From Faecousia sp. (lineage in GTDB: Bacteria; Bacillota; Clostridia; Oscillospirales; Oscillospiraceae): 64,000 bases of DNA. The stretch spans positions 77,335 through 141,334 of the forward strand of contig JAZNYV010000186.1 of the NCBI GenBank assembly GCA_045594585.1, written 5' to 3'. Positions 62,739 through 64,000 of this stretch are shown here, one piece after another; positions within the stretch are counted from its first letter, which is position 1; every line of letters begins with the position of its first letter. The notes below the pieces were generated by a model. The model saw nothing but the letters and a program-made list of their open reading frames with translations. It was not told the DNA's origin and did no database searches. The translations under genes were made by a program, and so were the position numbers.

Positions 62739-63050
62739 TCAGCCGCAAATCTTTTCAATCTGCACCTTGGTATAAGGCTGTCTGTGGCCGCGGATGGACT
62801 TAGAGTCCTTCTTGGGGCGGTACTTGAAAACGGTGATCTTCTTGGACTTGCCGTTCTTCAGAACCTTAGCTTCGACAGAAGCGCCCTTGACCACGGGGGC
62901 ACCGAACTTGGAGTTCTCGCCGTCCACGATTGCCAGGACCTGATCGAAGGTTACAGTTGCGTCAGCCTCAACGCCCAGCTTTTCGACGAAGATGATGTCG
63001 CCTTCCTTGACGCTGTACTGCTTGCCACCGGTAACGATAACTGCCTGCAT
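62739..63050 (-). CDS. rplU: 50S ribosomal protein L21
   Basis: TGGKQY.V.EGD..FVEKL, GHRQPYT. Confidence 0.97.
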   Translation of the reverse strand: MQAVIVTGGKQYSVKEGDIIFVEKLGVEADATVTFDQVLAIVDGENSKFGAPVVKGASVEAKVLKNGKSKKITVFKYRPKKDSKSIRGHRQPYTKVQIEKICG

Positions 63051-63067
63051 AGTTTGTTGCACCTACC

Positions 63068-63130
63068 TTTTTTGTAGTCTCGCTCTAAAGGTGGGAATGT
63101 CTTCCGCTTAAAACCTCTTCGACGCGGCTC
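63068..63130 (-). ncRNA. Probable L21 leader
   Basis: 5' UTR with GAGG/CACCT and GCG/GCGAG elements between promoter and SD of rplU. Confidence 0.6.
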
Positions 63131-63134
63131 ATAA

Positions 63135-63163
63135 ATTATAGCACTAAGTTAGGCAAATGTCAA
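63135..63163 (-). promoter_or_regulatory. Consensus sigma-A promoter of rplU-prp-rpmA
   Basis: TTGACA-17 nt-TATAAT with TG extension. Confidence 0.85.
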
Positions 63164-63192
63164 ATACTTTTTTTGTATTTTTCTTTGTTTTT

Positions 63193-63621
63193 TTAAATTT
63201 TTCGGATATTTTCCGAGATTTCCGACAGGGCGGAGGCTGCTTCTGCAGAGCAGGCTCCCGCTTTGGCAATATCCCCCAGGGAGATCATGCCCACCAGCTT
63301 TCCCTTCTCCTCTACAGGGAGCCTGCGGATCTGCTCCCGTGCCATTAGGGAGGCGGCATGCTCCACAGGCTCCCCTGCAGAGATGCTGAACACCTTACGG
63401 GTCATAATATTTGAGACCCTGGTCCCCTCCGGTTCATCCCCCGGTGCGATACAACGCAGGACGATATCCCGATCTGTGAGCATTCCCTTCAGCTTCCCGT
63501 CCCGGGTACACACAGGCAGAGCCCCGATATTATACCGTGACAGGAGACGGGCTGCTAAGGCCGCATTCTCCTCCGGGGAGACCGTAACGAGCTTATGGGA
63601 CATAATGTCTTTGACTTCCAT
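63193..63621 (-). CDS. CBS-domain protein (YhcV-like)
   Basis: Paired CBS domains: IM......V......A...L....IGALPV...GMLTDRDI; IRRLPV...GMISLGDI. Confidence 0.88.
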   Translation of the reverse strand: MEVKDIMSHKLVTVSPEENAALAARLLSRYNIGALPVCTRDGKLKGMLTDRDIVLRCIAPGDEPEGTRVSNIMTRKVFSISAGEPVEHAASLMAREQIRRLPVEEKGKLVGMISLGDIAKAGACSAEAASALSEISENIRKI

Positions 63622-63653
63622 AAAAAAGGACTTCCTTTCCGATAAACTATTAT

Positions 63654-63683
63654 CAGTATGGGAAGTCCTTTGCAGTTTTATAC
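63654..63683 (-). promoter_or_regulatory. sigma-G-type promoter of the CBS gene
   Basis: GTATA-18 nt-CATACTG. Confidence 0.6.
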
Positions 63684-64000
63684 CATTTTGGGCAGATATT
63701 CCAGGATAGAAATATCATTGGTGCTGATCTTATCCCAGGAAAAATATGGGATCAGCTCATGAGGGCTCATGGGAGCATATTGTGGGATCAGCCCTCCGCA
63801 GTATCCTAAGAGTCCCACCAGCTCACGGGGGCTGTAGCTCAGAGACAGCCGTCCCAGGTCTAGGTCTGCCTCCCGTTTACTGAGGCGTCTGCCGTCGGGT
63901 GCCACCAACAGGGGCACGTGGCAGAACTCCGGCTCACGGAAGCCCAGGGTCCTGTAAAGCCAGATCTGCCGAGGGGTAGACTCTAAGAGATCCCTGCCTC
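63678..64000 (-). CDS. gluQ: Glutamyl-Q tRNA(Asp) synthetase, C-terminal part (truncated by window edge)
   Basis: GRDLLESTPRQIWLY..LG...PEFCHVPLL..PDGRRLSKR. Confidence 0.85.
   Translation of the reverse strand, partial: GRDLLESTPRQIWLYRTLGFREPEFCHVPLLVAPDGRRLSKREADLDLGRLSLSYSPRELVGLLGYCGGLIPQYAPMSPHELIPYFSWDKISTNDISILEYLPKMV

Overview
Mostly core chromosome of a spore-forming, gut-type clostridial Firmicute, probably Oscillospiraceae-like (inferred from spoIIR, tepA, sigma-G-type promoters and overall gene content). Housekeeping genes include dus, nadE, pfkA, rplS, rpe, addAB, ispE, coaX-panT / coaBC, ftsK, htpG (with CIRCE), an ABC-F, pncA, obgE, rplU-prp-rpmA and gluQ. The main discovery is at 4460-6459 (minus strand), where a radical SAM/SPASM gene with a probable N-terminal RRE is flanked on both sides by two homologous 44- and 48-aa ORFs missing from the ORF track. 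They share a leader (MKFVxPEMEIxxFSTxDxxTASQ) and an identical C-terminus (ADCPAELPMD), which points to a candidate undescribed RiPP system sitting directly downstream of a large secreted surface protein. Other points of interest: a stand-alone YcaO with a TPR-like/Cys-rich tail; three large secreted proteins sharing an unrecognised ~300-aa C-terminal module (one carries a GDPD, one a putative clan-CD protease domain); a probable bile-acid 12-alpha-HSDH; a UppP-like protein lacking catalytic residues; a ~247-bp inverted-repeat-bounded double-cloverleaf element; and several structured intergenic RNA candidates. Family calls come from motif recognition by eye; no database searches were run.
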